The notes under the pieces: model-generated
What the model saw: only the letters and a program-made list of their open reading frames with translations
Told to the model about the DNA's origin: nothing
The model's database searches: none
Translations under genes and position numbers: made by a program
Shown here: in pieces, positions 1 through 10,844 of the stretch
How the letters are laid out: each line of letters begins with the position of its first letter
Numbering within the stretch: position 1 is the stretch's first letter
Assembly: GCA_021804965.1 (NCBI GenBank)
Contig: JAJZGG010000001.1
Coordinates: 43,883-107,882, forward strand
Direction: 5' to 3'
Length of the DNA stretch: 64,000 nt
DNA from: Acidobacteriota bacterium
Lineage (GTDB): Bacteria > Acidobacteriota > Terriglobia > Terriglobales > Acidobacteriaceae

Positions 1-551
1 TTGAGTCCACGCGGAATGACACCGATCTCCCCGGGAACAATCTCAAGCATCCCCAATTCCGTCGCACACTGCAGCCGTCCCAGTTGCGGCACCAGCAGCA
101 TCTCGCCGTCGGCGTTGTAGAAGAAGCGATCCACCATGGAGCGGTTGGCCGCATAGAGATGAACGGCAACGCCGGACTGCATGGCGGGGTCACCGTTGCC
201 GGCAAGTGTCACCATGCCATCCACAAAATCAGTCGGCACCTCGGGCAGCGGGAGCGGATTCCAACGGAGCTGATTCGGTGTAGTGGGCACATCCAGGAAC
301 GGGCCTGAACAGATTCGTCCTTTTTCTGCCGGACGATAGGGCTTGTGCGTTACCGAAGGGCGGATGCGATAGGTCCAGGTGCGGCGATTGGTGGCGCGCG
401 GCGCGGTGAAGGGCGAACCGCTGATCTGTTCGGCGTAAAGACCCAGAGCATGACGCTGGGGAGAGTTTTGCCCCTCGGGCAGCGCGCCTGCCACGGCTTC
501 CGTGGCGAACTCATTGCCAAATCCGCTCATATAACTGCGGGACGAACTCAT
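1..551 (-). CDS. hmgA: homogentisate 1,2-dioxygenase (3' end runs off the window)
   Basis: Manual minus-strand translation: [19 protein letters not shown]...GQNSPQ...[15 protein letters not shown]...[12 protein letters not shown]...[26 protein letters not shown]; GGAGG 5 nt before ATG at 551; follows phhA/hppD. Not in the ORF track because it is truncated. Confidence 0.95.
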   Translation of the reverse strand, partial: MSSSRSYMSGFGNEFATEAVAGALPEGQNSPQRHALGLYAEQISGSPFTAPRATNRRTWTYRIRPSVTHKPYRPAEKGRICSGPFLDVPTTPNQLRWNPLPLPEVPTDFVDGMVTLAGNGDPAMQSGVAVHLYAANRSMVDRFFYNADGEMLLVPQLGRLQCATELGMLEIVPGEIGVIPRGL

Positions 552-575
552 ACATTCCTCCAGGGAAACGATCTG

Positions 576-1328
576 CTAAAGCCGTCCGTCTGCCGCCCGT
601 TGTTCGGCCTGGCGCATTGCCTCGAAAATCTCATCGAAGCTTTCAATGGCATAGAGGAGATGATGCATCTCGTCCACCTTCACGGGCGTTTCAATGACAG
701 CATCCAGCGAAAAGTTGCGTACTTCGCAGTGCCCATCCAGCACATGACGGCACTCCCCGTGGGAGCTGATCAGTCCGCTGCCGTACACCTTGATGGCGCC
801 CTTCTGCCGGATCAGTCCAAACTCCACCGTATACCAGAACAGTCTGCCGAGCTTCTCCAGTACGATTGCATCCGTGGTGCTGGCGCAGACCCGCCCGTAG
901 TGCTGCAGAAAGTCGGCAAAGACAGGATGGGCATGCATGGGAACATGACCAAAGACGTCATGGAAGATATCCGGCTCGGGTGTGTATTCCAGCGAGTCCC
1001 GATGGCGCAGCCAGGTGGTGGTGGGGAATCTTCGCGTGGCCAGCATCTCAAAGAAAGCGGGCGCAGGTAAAAAGCCGCTGACCGGCGTGGAGCACCATCC
1101 GGTCAGCGGTCGAAGCCGATCGCTGATGCGTGCAAGATTGGGGATGCGATCGGCCAGCAAACCTATGCTGACGTAGCCGTCCAGATACTCCTGTGCGGCA
1201 TGTTCTTCAATGTGTGGCATGACGCGGCTGACCAGTTCCTGCCAGACAGCGTGCTGCTCGTCCGTGTAGGCTGCATAATCCTGCTGCGTCAAAAATGGAT
1301 CTGCTGCAGTTCCCGCCAGAATGCTCAT
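576..1328 (-). CDS. phhA: phenylalanine 4-monooxygenase (pterin-dependent aromatic amino acid hydroxylase)
   Basis: YTPEPDIFHDVFGHVP iron-binding motif, RLFWYTVEFGLI, YGSGLISS; start may instead be 1346. Confidence 0.9.
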   Translation of the reverse strand: MSILAGTAADPFLTQQDYAAYTDEQHAVWQELVSRVMPHIEEHAAQEYLDGYVSIGLLADRIPNLARISDRLRPLTGWCSTPVSGFLPAPAFFEMLATRRFPTTTWLRHRDSLEYTPEPDIFHDVFGHVPMHAHPVFADFLQHYGRVCASTTDAIVLEKLGRLFWYTVEFGLIRQKGAIKVYGSGLISSHGECRHVLDGHCEVRNFSLDAVIETPVKVDEMHHLLYAIESFDEIFEAMRQAEQRAADGRL

Positions 1329-1353
1329 GGTTATACCCGGTGTCATGCCGAAA

Positions 1354-2496
1354 TCAGAGGTTGCCGCGTGCCTGCTGTTCGCGTTCGATCGCTTCAAACA
1401 GTGCGCGGAAGTTTCCCTTGCCAAAACTGCGGCTGCCTTTGCGCTGAATAATCTCAAAGAAAAGCGTGGGGCGATCCTCTACCGGACGCGTGAAAATCTG
1501 CAGCATGTAGCCTTCGTCGTCGCGATCCACGAGTATGCCCAGTTCCTCCAGGTCGCGGATGGGTTCATCAATGGATCCCACGCGCTGCTCCAGCTCGGTG
1601 TAGTAGCTGTGAGGCACACGCAGAAACTCCACACCCTGCCGCTGCAGCGTGCTGACGGTGTGCAAAATGTCATGCGTCGCCAGCGCAATGTGCTGAACGC
1701 CTGGGCCATCATAGAACTCCAGAAATTCCTCCACCTGCGACTTGCGTCGTCCTTCAGCAGGCTCGTTGATGGGAAACTTCACATAGCCATTTCCGTTGGC
1801 CATCACCTTGGACATCAGCGCCGAGTATTCAGTGGAGATATCCTTGTCGTCAAAGTGCTGGTAGAGGCGAAAGCCCATGACGCGCTCATAGAAATCGACC
1901 CACGCATTCATCTCGTTCCAGCCCACGTTTCCAACCATGTGGTCGATGTGCAGCAGGCCCACGGGGCGCGCAATCGGATCATTTTCAACCGCGCGATATC
2001 CGGGGAGAAATGCCCCGTGGTAATTCTGTCGCTCGATGAAGGTGTGCACGGTGTCGCCGTATGCCTGAATGCTGGCAAGAGTCACTTCGCCCTGGTCATC
2101 CCGGGTTGCGACTGGCTCCAACACACTCTGTGCCCCCCGCTGCGTGGCCTGTGTCCAGGCATGCCGGGCGTCGTCCACCAGCAGCGCAATGGCGTGAACA
2201 CCATCGCCGTGGCGGAGGACATGGCTGGCAATCGCGTGCTGGCTGCGCAGTGCGGTCGTCAGCACAAACCGTACCTTGCCCTGCTGCACCACATAGGAGA
2301 CACGATCGTACTGTCCCGTCTCCGGACCGGCGTAAGCGATCAGGGTCATGCCAAATGCGGTGCGATAAAAGTGCGCAGCCTGCTTGGCGTTGCCAACATA
2401 GAACTCCACATGATCGGTGCCCAGCAGCGGCATGAAATCGGTTTCGGATGCCTGATCCGGATGGAGCAATGCACTGGAGTGCAATGTCGTGCTCAT
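1354..2496 (-). CDS. hppD: 4-hydroxyphenylpyruvate dioxygenase
   Basis: DHVEFYVGNAKQAA, IDHMVGNV, GVQHIAL, LQIFT, FFEIIQRKG..FGKGNF; AGAGGGG before ATG. Confidence 0.96.
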   Translation of the reverse strand: MSTTLHSSALLHPDQASETDFMPLLGTDHVEFYVGNAKQAAHFYRTAFGMTLIAYAGPETGQYDRVSYVVQQGKVRFVLTTALRSQHAIASHVLRHGDGVHAIALLVDDARHAWTQATQRGAQSVLEPVATRDDQGEVTLASIQAYGDTVHTFIERQNYHGAFLPGYRAVENDPIARPVGLLHIDHMVGNVGWNEMNAWVDFYERVMGFRLYQHFDDKDISTEYSALMSKVMANGNGYVKFPINEPAEGRRKSQVEEFLEFYDGPGVQHIALATHDILHTVSTLQRQGVEFLRVPHSYYTELEQRVGSIDEPIRDLEELGILVDRDDEGYMLQIFTRPVEDRPTLFFEIIQRKGSRSFGKGNFRALFEAIEREQQARGNL

Positions 2497-2671
2497 GTTG
2501 AAACCCCTCTTGGAATCCGTGCCGGGCTGCAATGCGGAGAAGTGCCCGACAGCGGAACATTCTCCAAGATAGGCCGGAAACTGGAAGCTGGGAATATGAA
2601 AACAACGGATTTTTCTTGCCAAAGCCTATATTTGAAAGGCATAGTGAATTGTTTTCCTAAGGATCGTAAGA

Positions 2672-3172
2672 ATGACCAATCGCCACTTTCCCAACAGCTT
2701 TGAACTGGATCCCATCTCCTGGAAGATTCTGGAGGCCCTGCAGCAGAATGCACGGATTACCTTTGCCGAACTCGGCCGCAAAGTCGGCCTGTCCACGCCT
2801 GCCGTGGCCGAGCGCGTCCATCGACTGGAGGAGTCTGGAATCATCACGGGCTATCATGCCGCCGTTGATCCATCGCGACTGGGGATGACCGTTCGCGTGA
2901 TTGTGCGTCTCACCATCCGCGGAGGCGATTTGCAGGTTAGCCGGGCTGTTGCAGCCATTCGCGATCTTCCGGAGGTCACCCGCTGCCATCGCGTCACGGG
3001 CGACGAGTCCTTTGTGATGGAGGCGAACGTTGTCTCCATCCGCCATCTGGAGGCCCTGATTGACCGTCTCGGCGGAGTGGGTGCCACCTCAACCTCGACG
3101 GTTTTATCCACTCCCGTGGAGCAGCGAATCTTTCGTCGCAAGGAAATCGAGTTACTCACCGATCGCCACTGA
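2672..3172 (+). CDS. Lrp/AsnC family transcriptional regulator
   Basis: LDPISWKILEALQQNARITFAELGRKVGLSTPAVAERVHRLEESGIITGY HTH; divergent from hppD. Confidence 0.93.
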   Translation: MTNRHFPNSFELDPISWKILEALQQNARITFAELGRKVGLSTPAVAERVHRLEESGIITGYHAAVDPSRLGMTVRVIVRLTIRGGDLQVSRAVAAIRDLPEVTRCHRVTGDESFVMEANVVSIRHLEALIDRLGGVGATSTSTVLSTPVEQRIFRRKEIELLTDRH

Positions 3173-3287
3173 GATTCGCTTTGATGACATCGAAGACGAA
3201 GAGCCAGTCCCAACATGAAGGTGCTATATTCGTGGAGTTTTGAAACCGGATGTGCCAAACCCGCAGGGTGTGAGTGAAAAAACGCAG

Positions 3288-5009
3288 ATGAATGAAAAGG
3301 GAAATCAACTGCCAGGCAAGCTGGATGCAACGAGTCCGCGCGCGCAGGCCAACCGCGATGCACTGCGCGAGTGGATGAACATCATGCATGCTCAGGAAGA
3401 GAAGATTCGCAGCGGAGGCGGAGCCAAGGCCATTGCGGCGCAGCATGCCAAAGGCCGCCTCACCGTACGCGAGCGCATCGCACAGTTGATTGATCCGGAG
3501 ACCCAACTGCTGGAGCTGGGACTGTGGGCTGCGCATGAAATGTACGGCGAATACGGCGGCGCTCCTGCAGCCGGAGTTGTCACCGGACTTGGTCGCGTCT
3601 GCGGACGCTTGTGCATGATCATTGCCAACGATGCCACGGTCAAAGCCGGCGCATTCTTTCCCATGACGGCCAAGAAGGTGCTGCGCGCTCAAACCATTGC
3701 ATTGGAAAACCGGATTCCGACGATGTATCTGGTGGATTCCGCAGGAGTCTTTCTGCCCTTGCAGGAGGACGTCTTTCCGGACACGGATGATTTTGGCCGC
3801 GTATTCCGAAACAACGCAGTGATGAGTGCGCGCGGGATTCCCCAAATCACGGCCATCATGGGAATGTGCGTCGCTGGCGGAGCCTATCTGCCCGTGATGA
3901 CGGATACGATCCTGATGACGGAAGGTTCGGGATTGTTTCTCGCCGGACCATCGCTGGTGCAGGCTGCCATTGGACAAAAGACGGACCCCGAAGAGCTGGG
4001 CGGCGCTGCCATGCATGCGGAGATCTCCGGCACGGTGGACTTCCATGAACCGGATGATCCCAGTTGTCTTGCCCGAATGCGTTCCTTGGTGGATGTGTTT
4101 GGAGATCGACAAGCCGCTTCCGACAGAATGCCGTTTTCGCGGATTGCCTTTGATGCGCAGCAGGATGCACCCCTCTATCCGGCTGAGGATCTGTACACCA
4201 TGCTGAATCCTGCGCCGGGTGCGACCAGCACATATGAGATGCGCGAGATCATTGCGCGTCTGGTGGACCGAAGCGAATTTGTGGAATACAAGGCGGAGTT
4301 CGGCCGCACGCTTGTCTGTGGCTACGCACGCATCGGTGGCTACGCCGTCGGCATCGTGGCCAACCAGAAGACGAATCAACGCAACACCGTTGCCACGGGT
4401 CCACAGGCGGGAACGCAGCGGATTGAGGTGGGAGGCGTGATCTACACCGAAGCCGCCCAGAAGGCAGCGCGTTTCCTCATGGACTGCAATCAGAACCTGG
4501 TGCCGCTGCTGTTTCTCCACGACGTGAATGGCTTCATGGTGGGCAAGGAAGCGGAGTGGTCGGGAATCATTCGCGCAGGCGCCAAGATGGTTTCCGCCGT
4601 AAGTAACAGTGTGGTTCCCAAGCTGACGGTGATCATCGGCGGAAGCTTTGGCGCCGGTCATTATGCGATGTGTGGCAAGGCCTATGATCCCAGATTTGTG
4701 TTTGCATGGCCCACAGCACGCTACGCCGTGATGAGCGGAGCTTCGGCAGCCACCACACTTGCAGAAGTTCGAGCCAGGCAGCTGGAGCGCGAGGGCAGGG
4801 AACTGACGGATGCGGATCGGGCGCGGATACGCGAGGAGATTCAGGCCAGCTACGATGCGCAGGCTGATCCGCGATACGGCGCAGCCCGTCTCTGGATTGA
4901 CGCGATCCTGGATCCGCTGGAGACGCGTGCCGCGCTGATGACCGCGCTGGAGGCCTGCAGCTTGAATCCGGACGTCCCGGCCTTTCACCCCGGAATTTTA
5001 CAGACATAA
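3288..5009 (+). CDS. acyl-CoA carboxylase carboxyltransferase subunit (3-methylcrotonyl-CoA carboxylase beta-like)
   Basis: AQHAKGRLTVRERI, ANDATVKAGA, YLVDSAGVFLPLQ, GFMVGKEAE, GGSFGAGHYAMCG; clustered with other leucine-degradation genes. Confidence 0.9.
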   Translation: MNEKGNQLPGKLDATSPRAQANRDALREWMNIMHAQEEKIRSGGGAKAIAAQHAKGRLTVRERIAQLIDPETQLLELGLWAAHEMYGEYGGAPAAGVVTGLGRVCGRLCMIIANDATVKAGAFFPMTAKKVLRAQTIALENRIPTMYLVDSAGVFLPLQEDVFPDTDDFGRVFRNNAVMSARGIPQITAIMGMCVAGGAYLPVMTDTILMTEGSGLFLAGPSLVQAAIGQKTDPEELGGAAMHAEISGTVDFHEPDDPSCLARMRSLVDVFGDRQAASDRMPFSRIAFDAQQDAPLYPAEDLYTMLNPAPGATSTYEMREIIARLVDRSEFVEYKAEFGRTLVCGYARIGGYAVGIVANQKTNQRNTVATGPQAGTQRIEVGGVIYTEAAQKAARFLMDCNQNLVPLLFLHDVNGFMVGKEAEWSGIIRAGAKMVSAVSNSVVPKLTVIIGGSFGAGHYAMCGKAYDPRFVFAWPTARYAVMSGASAATTLAEVRARQLEREGRELTDADRARIREEIQASYDAQADPRYGAARLWIDAILDPLETRAALMTALEACSLNPDVPAFHPGILQT

Positions 5010-5045
5010 CATCGTCTGATTTTTTGTGTTCAGAGAGGGAAACTC

Positions 5046-6236
5046 ATGGCATCCACTGTCGAATCCAACGCAAGCCTTTATCCGTTTGTCCACACCGAAG
5101 ACCAGGAACATCTGCGTCAGGCAATCCGTGAATTTGCCGCACAGGAAATCGCACCGCATGTATCCGAATGGGATCGGAACAGCACATTTCCGCACGAGGC
5201 AGTTCGCAAGCTTGGACAGATGGGATTGCTCGGCATCATCTTCCCTGCGGAACTGGGGGGCGCCGGTCTCGGGTATGTCGATTACACACTCGCCATTGAA
5301 GAGCTGTCGGCCGTGGACGGCTCGATCGGCATCATCGTGGCCGCACACAACTCGCTGGGAACCAACCATATTTTTCTGGCTGGCACCGACGAACAGAAGC
5401 GGCGATACATTCCTGCGTTGGCCAGCGGGAAGTCGCTTGCCGCATGGGGGCTCACCGAGCCGGGTTCCGGTTCGGACGCCAGCGGCGCACGCACAACTGC
5501 CGTTCGCAAAGGCGATCGCTGGGTGCTGAATGGCAGCAAGACCTTCATCACGAATGGAAGCTATGCCGATGTCATCGTGGTGATTGCGGTGACGGACCGC
5601 AGCAAAGGAACCCACGGGCTGTCGGCATTCATTGTGGAGAAGGGAACTCCCGGCTTCCGACCGGGCAAGAAAGAAGACAAACTGGGATTGCGCGCAAGCG
5701 ATACGGCTGAGCTGATCTTTGAGGACTGCGAGATCCCGGCGGAAAATCTCCTTGGCAAGGAAGGCGAGGGATTTGTGGATGCCATGCGCATTCTCGACGG
5801 TGGTCGCATCTCGATTGCGGCGCTGTCCCTGGGCATTGGCCGTGGCGCACTCGATGCGGCGCTACGCTACGTGAAGGAACGACGACAGTTTGGAAAAACC
5901 ATCGCCGAGTTTCAGGGAATCCAGTGGAAGCTTGCGGACATGGCCACAGAGCTGGATGCGGCCCGACTGCTGACGCAGCGCGCAGCGGTGCTGAAGGACG
6001 CAGGGCGTCGCATCACGCGGGAATCGGCCATGGCCAAGCTGTTTGCCAGTGAGGCTGCCGTGCATATCTGCAACGAAGCCGTACAGTTGTTTGGCGGGTA
6101 TGGTTTCATCAAGGATTATCCTGCGGAGAAGTACTATCGTGACGTCAAGCTGTGCACGATTGGCGAGGGAACGAGCGAGATCCAGCGGATGGTGATTGCG
6201 CGCGAGATTCTCAAGGTCTATCCATCACGCGGGTAA
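5046..6236 (+). CDS. acyl-CoA dehydrogenase (short/branched chain)
   Basis: [54 protein letters not shown]. Confidence 0.95.
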   Translation: MASTVESNASLYPFVHTEDQEHLRQAIREFAAQEIAPHVSEWDRNSTFPHEAVRKLGQMGLLGIIFPAELGGAGLGYVDYTLAIEELSAVDGSIGIIVAAHNSLGTNHIFLAGTDEQKRRYIPALASGKSLAAWGLTEPGSGSDASGARTTAVRKGDRWVLNGSKTFITNGSYADVIVVIAVTDRSKGTHGLSAFIVEKGTPGFRPGKKEDKLGLRASDTAELIFEDCEIPAENLLGKEGEGFVDAMRILDGGRISIAALSLGIGRGALDAALRYVKERRQFGKTIAEFQGIQWKLADMATELDAARLLTQRAAVLKDAGRRITRESAMAKLFASEAAVHICNEAVQLFGGYGFIKDYPAEKYYRDVKLCTIGEGTSEIQRMVIAREILKVYPSRG

Positions 6237-6323
6237 TCGCAGGCATTCTCGGCCTGTCTTCCTTGCCGTTGAATCCGTCCTGGGTGCCGGGCGGAAACAG
6301 GAGCAGGCTGGCAGCATTCGGAG

Positions 6324-7211
6324 ATGAGCATGGCAGATGCAGTCAAGCTGATTGAGTGTCCACGGGATGCATGGCAGGGCCTCGCACACAGGATTCCCAC
6401 GCAGGACAAGCGGAGCTATCTGCAGGCACTGCTGGATGCCGGATGTCGACACATGGATGCGGTGAGCTTTGTCTCCCCCACGGCAGTTCCGCAGATGGCG
6501 GACTCCGAAAGTGTGCTCGCCGGTTTGCTGATTCCCCCGCAGGCCGAGATCATTGGGATCGTGGTCAACGAGCGAGGCGCAGAACGCGCTGTTGCAACCG
6601 GCAAGGTGACAACTCTGGGGTATCCGCACTCCATCTCCGAGCAGTTCCTGATGCGAAATCAGCGGCTCACGGTGCCCGACTCTCTCGCCACGTTGTCCCG
6701 CATCCTTGCCCGGGGCAGAGTTGAAGGCTGCGGTACCGTGGCCTATCTTTCCATGGCCTTTGGCAATCCCTACGGAGAACCCTGGTCCCTATCGGTTGTT
6801 CTGGAATCCTGTATGCGGATGGCCGACTGCGGCGTCGAACAGCTTTCGCTGGCGGATACGGTGGGCGTGGCCACTCCGGCGCAGGTTGCTGAGGTTGTGG
6901 CCGCTGTTCAGGATCGGCTGGCCGGCATCGAGGTTGGACTCCATCTGCATGCCCGACCGGAGGCTGCGCCTGCCCTGCTGCTGGCTGCCTGGCATGCGGG
7001 ATGCCGCCGCTTCGATGCCGCGCTGGGCGGCTTCGGTGGTTGCCCATTTGCCCAGGACGCACTGGTCGGAAATATCGCCACCGAGACTGTCTGTGAGGTT
7101 CTGCAACCGCTGGCTCCATCCGCGACCGGCCTGCAGTTTGGTTTTCGGCAGGATCTGCTTGCCCGCAGCAGGCAACTGGCAACGGCTCCCGCCGTAACGG
7201 AGGCGCAATGA
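6324..7211 (+). CDS. hydroxymethylglutaryl-CoA lyase
   Basis: ECPRDAWQG, SFVSP.AVPQMAD, SLADTVG, LHLH, GGCPFAQ...GNIATE. Confidence 0.9.
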   Translation: MSMADAVKLIECPRDAWQGLAHRIPTQDKRSYLQALLDAGCRHMDAVSFVSPTAVPQMADSESVLAGLLIPPQAEIIGIVVNERGAERAVATGKVTTLGYPHSISEQFLMRNQRLTVPDSLATLSRILARGRVEGCGTVAYLSMAFGNPYGEPWSLSVVLESCMRMADCGVEQLSLADTVGVATPAQVAEVVAAVQDRLAGIEVGLHLHARPEAAPALLLAAWHAGCRRFDAALGGFGGCPFAQDALVGNIATETVCEVLQPLAPSATGLQFGFRQDLLARSRQLATAPAVTEAQ

Positions 7212-7981
7212 TTCCATCCACTTTGCGGATTGATGATCAGGACCGCGTACGCACCATCCGCCTGAACCGACCCGAGTCACGCAATGCCATGACGCCCGAG
7301 ATGCAGGAGGAGTTGATTGCTGCATTCGAAGCCACGCCACGGGAAGGTGTTCGCGTCCTGGTCCTGACCGGGGAAGGCAACGCCTTCTGCGCGGGCCTTG
7401 ATCTGCGTGTGCTGCAATCGATGCATACCGCTACTCTGGAAGAGCATGAGGCTTCCGCAGCACGGATCGTGCGACTCTTTCGCACGCTCTGGGAGCTTCC
7501 TGTGCCAACCATTGCGCTGGTGGATGGGCCGGCCATCGCCGGCGGCGCCGGTCTGGCAACGCTGTGCGACTACACGCTGGCTTCTCCGGCTGCACGCTTT
7601 GCCTACACCGAAGCTCGCATCGGTTTTGTGCCAGCAGTTGTCTCCGCCTTCCTCACGCTGCAGTTGGGAGACAAGCGCAGCCGGGACCTGCTGCTCAGCG
7701 CACGCGTGTTTACAGCCGAGGAAGCGCAGTCGCTCGGGCTGGTCCATTGCGTGGCACCCAGGGAAGAGCTGGCATCCCGCATGCGCGAGCTGATTGCCAC
7801 GCTGATGGCCAACAGTCCGGAGTCACTGGCCGCCACCAAAAAGCTGCTGGCAGCGCAACAGGCTGCGTGGCTGGATACGGCGCTGTCCGCAGCACTTGCC
7901 GCCAACGCAGCCGCGCGGCAGACGCATGATTTTCACGAGGGTGTGCAGGCGTTTCTGGAAAAGCGCAAACCGCAGTGGTAG
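7208..7981 (+). CDS. enoyl-CoA hydratase/isomerase (methylglutaconyl-CoA hydratase-like)
   Basis: LNRPESRNA, FCAGLDL, AIAGGAGL, EARIG, EGVQAFLEKRKP; ATGA overlap with upstream gene. Confidence 0.9.
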   Translation: MIPSTLRIDDQDRVRTIRLNRPESRNAMTPEMQEELIAAFEATPREGVRVLVLTGEGNAFCAGLDLRVLQSMHTATLEEHEASAARIVRLFRTLWELPVPTIALVDGPAIAGGAGLATLCDYTLASPAARFAYTEARIGFVPAVVSAFLTLQLGDKRSRDLLLSARVFTAEEAQSLGLVHCVAPREELASRMRELIATLMANSPESLAATKKLLAAQQAAWLDTALSAALAANAAARQTHDFHEGVQAFLEKRKPQW

Positions 7982-8029
7982 GGCATTTCCAGCGGCGAAG
8001 TGTTTCACGCACCGGACATTTTGACGCGG

Positions 8030-8674
8030 TCAGTGATGGCTCTGACGAAAACGGAGCGGAGCTTCCGTCCGTTCCGCAACCATCTGCGCGGTAACCTCCG
8101 GGGCCAGTTCGATCACCTCCAGGCCCTGCGGTGTCACGTCCAGGACCGCCAGATCGGTGATGATCCGCTGCACCACGGCTGCGCCCGTCAGCGGAAGCGT
8201 GCAGCGGCGCAGCAGCTTGGCCTCGCCCTTGGGAGTCGTGTGTTCCATCACCACGACAACGCGACGCACGCCGCTCACCAGATCCATGGCTCCGCCCATG
8301 CCTTTGACCCGTTTGCCCGGGACCATCCAGTTGGCCAGATCGCCATTTTCCGCCACCTGCATCGCGCCCAGGATGGCCAGATCAATGTGTCCGCCGCGAA
8401 TCATGGCAAAGGATTCAGCGCTGGAAAAGGTGGCTGCTCCGGCCACGGCCGTCACCGTCTCCTTGCCGGCATTGATCATGTCCGCGTCCACTTCCTCATC
8501 CAGCGGATAGGGCCCCATGCCGAGGAGTCCGTTTTCTGACTGCAGCATGACCGTAATCTGCGGAGGAATAAAGTTTGCCACGCGCGTGGGAATTCCAATG
8601 CCGAGATTGACGTAGAACCCGTCTTCCAGCTCGGCAGCCGCTCTCTGCGCCATCTCGTCCCGTGTCCAGGCCAC
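8030..8674 (-). CDS. scoB: 3-oxoacid CoA-transferase subunit B
   Basis: [10 protein letters not shown], catalytic [21 protein letters not shown]; GTG start at 8674. Confidence 0.92.
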   Translation of the reverse strand: MAWTRDEMAQRAAAELEDGFYVNLGIGIPTRVANFIPPQITVMLQSENGLLGMGPYPLDEEVDADMINAGKETVTAVAGAATFSSAESFAMIRGGHIDLAILGAMQVAENGDLANWMVPGKRVKGMGGAMDLVSGVRRVVVVMEHTTPKGEAKLLRRCTLPLTGAAVVQRIITDLAVLDVTPQGLEVIELAPEVTAQMVAERTEAPLRFRQSHH

Positions 8675-8676
8675 TG

Positions 8677-9387
8677 CTACGCCTCCCTCGTCGTTCGCTT
8701 TTCGATCCGTTTTTCCGGGGTTGGGTTGTGGATCACCCGCTGCACATAGACGCCCGGCGTGTGAATGGCATCCATCTCCAGTTCGCCCGGCTCCACCAGC
8801 TCCTCCACCTCGGCGATCGTGATGCGTGCGCAGGTGGCTGCCAGCGGATTGAAGTTGCGTGCCGTCTTTCGATACACAAGATTGCCGTAGCGATCCCCCT
8901 TCCACGCCTTGACCAGCGCCAGATCGGCACGGATGCCCCGTTCCAGCAGATACTCGACTCCATCAAAGAGCTTGTGTTCCTTGCCCTCAGCCACAAGGGT
9001 GCCGATTCCGGTGCGGGTGTAAAAGCCCGGTATCCCGGCACCGCCGGCACGCATCCGCTCGGCAAGCGTGCCTTGCGGACAGAATTCCACCTCAAGCTCT
9101 CCGGTCAGATACTGTCGTTCAAACTCGGCATTTTCGCCCACGTAGCTGGAGATCATCTTGCGTATCTGCCGCGTCTCCAGCAGCAGTCCCAGACCCCATC
9201 CATCCACACCGGCGTTATTGCTGGCTACCGTCAGATTGCGTGCGCCCGTAGCCCGCAGTGCCAGAATCAGGGCTTCCGGAATGCCACACAGACCGAAGCC
9301 GCCGATTGCCAGCAGCATTCCATCCTGCACCAGCCCGTCCAGCGCAGACTGCGCATCGGACCATACCTTGTTCATCCCGGTTCCCAT
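8677..9387 (-). CDS. scoA: 3-oxoacid CoA-transferase subunit A
   Basis: [40 protein letters not shown]. Confidence 0.92.
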   Translation of the reverse strand: MGTGMNKVWSDAQSALDGLVQDGMLLAIGGFGLCGIPEALILALRATGARNLTVASNNAGVDGWGLGLLLETRQIRKMISSYVGENAEFERQYLTGELEVEFCPQGTLAERMRAGGAGIPGFYTRTGIGTLVAEGKEHKLFDGVEYLLERGIRADLALVKAWKGDRYGNLVYRKTARNFNPLAATCARITIAEVEELVEPGELEMDAIHTPGVYVQRVIHNPTPEKRIEKRTTREA

Positions 9388-9539
9388 GCCACCTCACTCC
9401 TGTCTTTCTCCGCGTGGCAATGGCAGCAGACAAGACCGGGTGCCACCGCAGAGGTCCACTCGGGAAGATACCGTACAGGGCCTGGGACGAACAACCGCGT
9501 TTCTTCAGCAAGCCTGTCGGCACCATGCTGAAGGCAGGC

Positions 9540-10364
9540 TTAGCGCACCGCTGCCAGCAGAGCGCGCTGCGCTGCAAAGATCTCCTGCAGTCCCTTTTCC
9601 GCCAGATCCAGCAGTTGCTGGAGTTCTGCTCGCGTGTAACTGCCCTTCTCCGCCGTTGCCTGCGTCTCCACCAGACCGCCATCCTCGGTCATGACCACGT
9701 TCATATCCACCTCAGCCTGGGCATCCTCCTCGTAGCAGAGGTCCAGAAGCGGCTGTCCGCTCACGCGTCCCACGGAGGTGGCTGCAACCATCTGGCGCAA
9801 AGGGGATACCGGCAGCGTGCCGGATCGGACCAGCGCACTGAGAGCCAGTTCGAGAGCAACCGCCGCTCCGGTGATGGCCGCCGTGCGCGTGCCACCATCC
9901 GCCTGCAGCACATCGCAGTCCAGAATCACGGTCCGCTCCCCCAGTGCTTTCAGGTCCACGGCTCCGCGAAGACTGCGTCCGATCAGACGCTGAATCTCAT
10001 GGGTTCGCCCGCTAATGCGTCCGCGCTCGCTCTCCCGCGGTGTCCGGGTCACCGTCGCGCGGGGCAGCATGGCATACTCGGCCGTCACCCACCCGCGACC
10101 CTGATTCCGCAGCCAGCCCGGGACACTGTTCTCAATCGTGGCATTGCACAGCACGCGCGTCTGCCCCAGTTCAATCAGTACGGATCCCTCTGCCGTACGC
10201 ACAAATCCCGGAGTCAGTCGCAGCTCGCGCAGCGCATCGGCGGGCCGACCCTCGGGACGAAGGCTGACTTCCGCGGTGGTGTGCGTGCGGTGACTGGAAG
10301 CGCCGGATGCGGCATCCATGGCGGCGAGGGCGTGCGTGGAAGAGAGTACGGAGCGAAGGTTCAT
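9540..10364 (-). CDS. rph: ribonuclease PH
   Basis: [48 protein letters not shown]; start uncertain (10364 or 10319). Confidence 0.95.
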   Translation of the reverse strand: MNLRSVLSSTHALAAMDAASGASSHRTHTTAEVSLRPEGRPADALRELRLTPGFVRTAEGSVLIELGQTRVLCNATIENSVPGWLRNQGRGWVTAEYAMLPRATVTRTPRESERGRISGRTHEIQRLIGRSLRGAVDLKALGERTVILDCDVLQADGGTRTAAITGAAVALELALSALVRSGTLPVSPLRQMVAATSVGRVSGQPLLDLCYEEDAQAEVDMNVVMTEDGGLVETQATAEKGSYTRAELQQLLDLAEKGLQEIFAAQRALLAAVR

Positions 10365-10507
10365 CCCCTCATTGTACGAGGGCCGCCGAAGGCAGTCTCC
10401 GACCGGAGATCGCAAGCGAAACGTCTGGCTGGCGATCCACTTCTGGAAGAAATTTCTGTCCTCCGCTGCAGCCAATTCGATTCCCGCAGCGGGTGGGCGA
10501 AGCCGGG

Positions 10508-10724
10508 ATTCCCGGTTCGGGAATGGGAAAATGCGGGCCCAATCCGGGAAGCCGCAAAGATATTCCATGGAATCAATAGTTTACGTTAGCTTCCTGCAAT
10601 TCCAGGTTCCAAATCGGGACGCTTCTGCGTGATTCCGTTCCACTCCGGTTTCGGAATGGAATCTCCCATGTCCTTTCTCATCAGTCACTTAATTGTCATG
10701 TTCAAGTTTGGCACAGTTCGTGCA
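10508..10724 (+). promoter_or_regulatory. putative sigma54 promoter with upstream activator sites and IHF site
   Basis: TGGCAC-AGTTC-GTGCA (-24/-12) at 10709-10724; AATCAATAGTTTA fits IHF WATCAANNNNTTR at 10571-10583; inverted repeat ATTCCCG-GTT-CGGGAAT at 10508-10524. Confidence 0.65.
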
Positions 10725-10844
10725 AGTAGGAGGTCAAGAACGGGACGCATTTCGCCGTTGCTGCTCTGGGAAAGACGAGCAGCTCGGATATCCGGAGTGG
10801 AACCGGTCGCTGAACCAAACCAATCTCGCCACGGAGTATGCACA

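Noticed and set aside
10629-10844. N-terminal extension of the histidine kinase as given in the ORF track
   Set aside because: It overlaps the predicted sigma54 promoter; ATG at 10845 has a GGAG upstream and fits better
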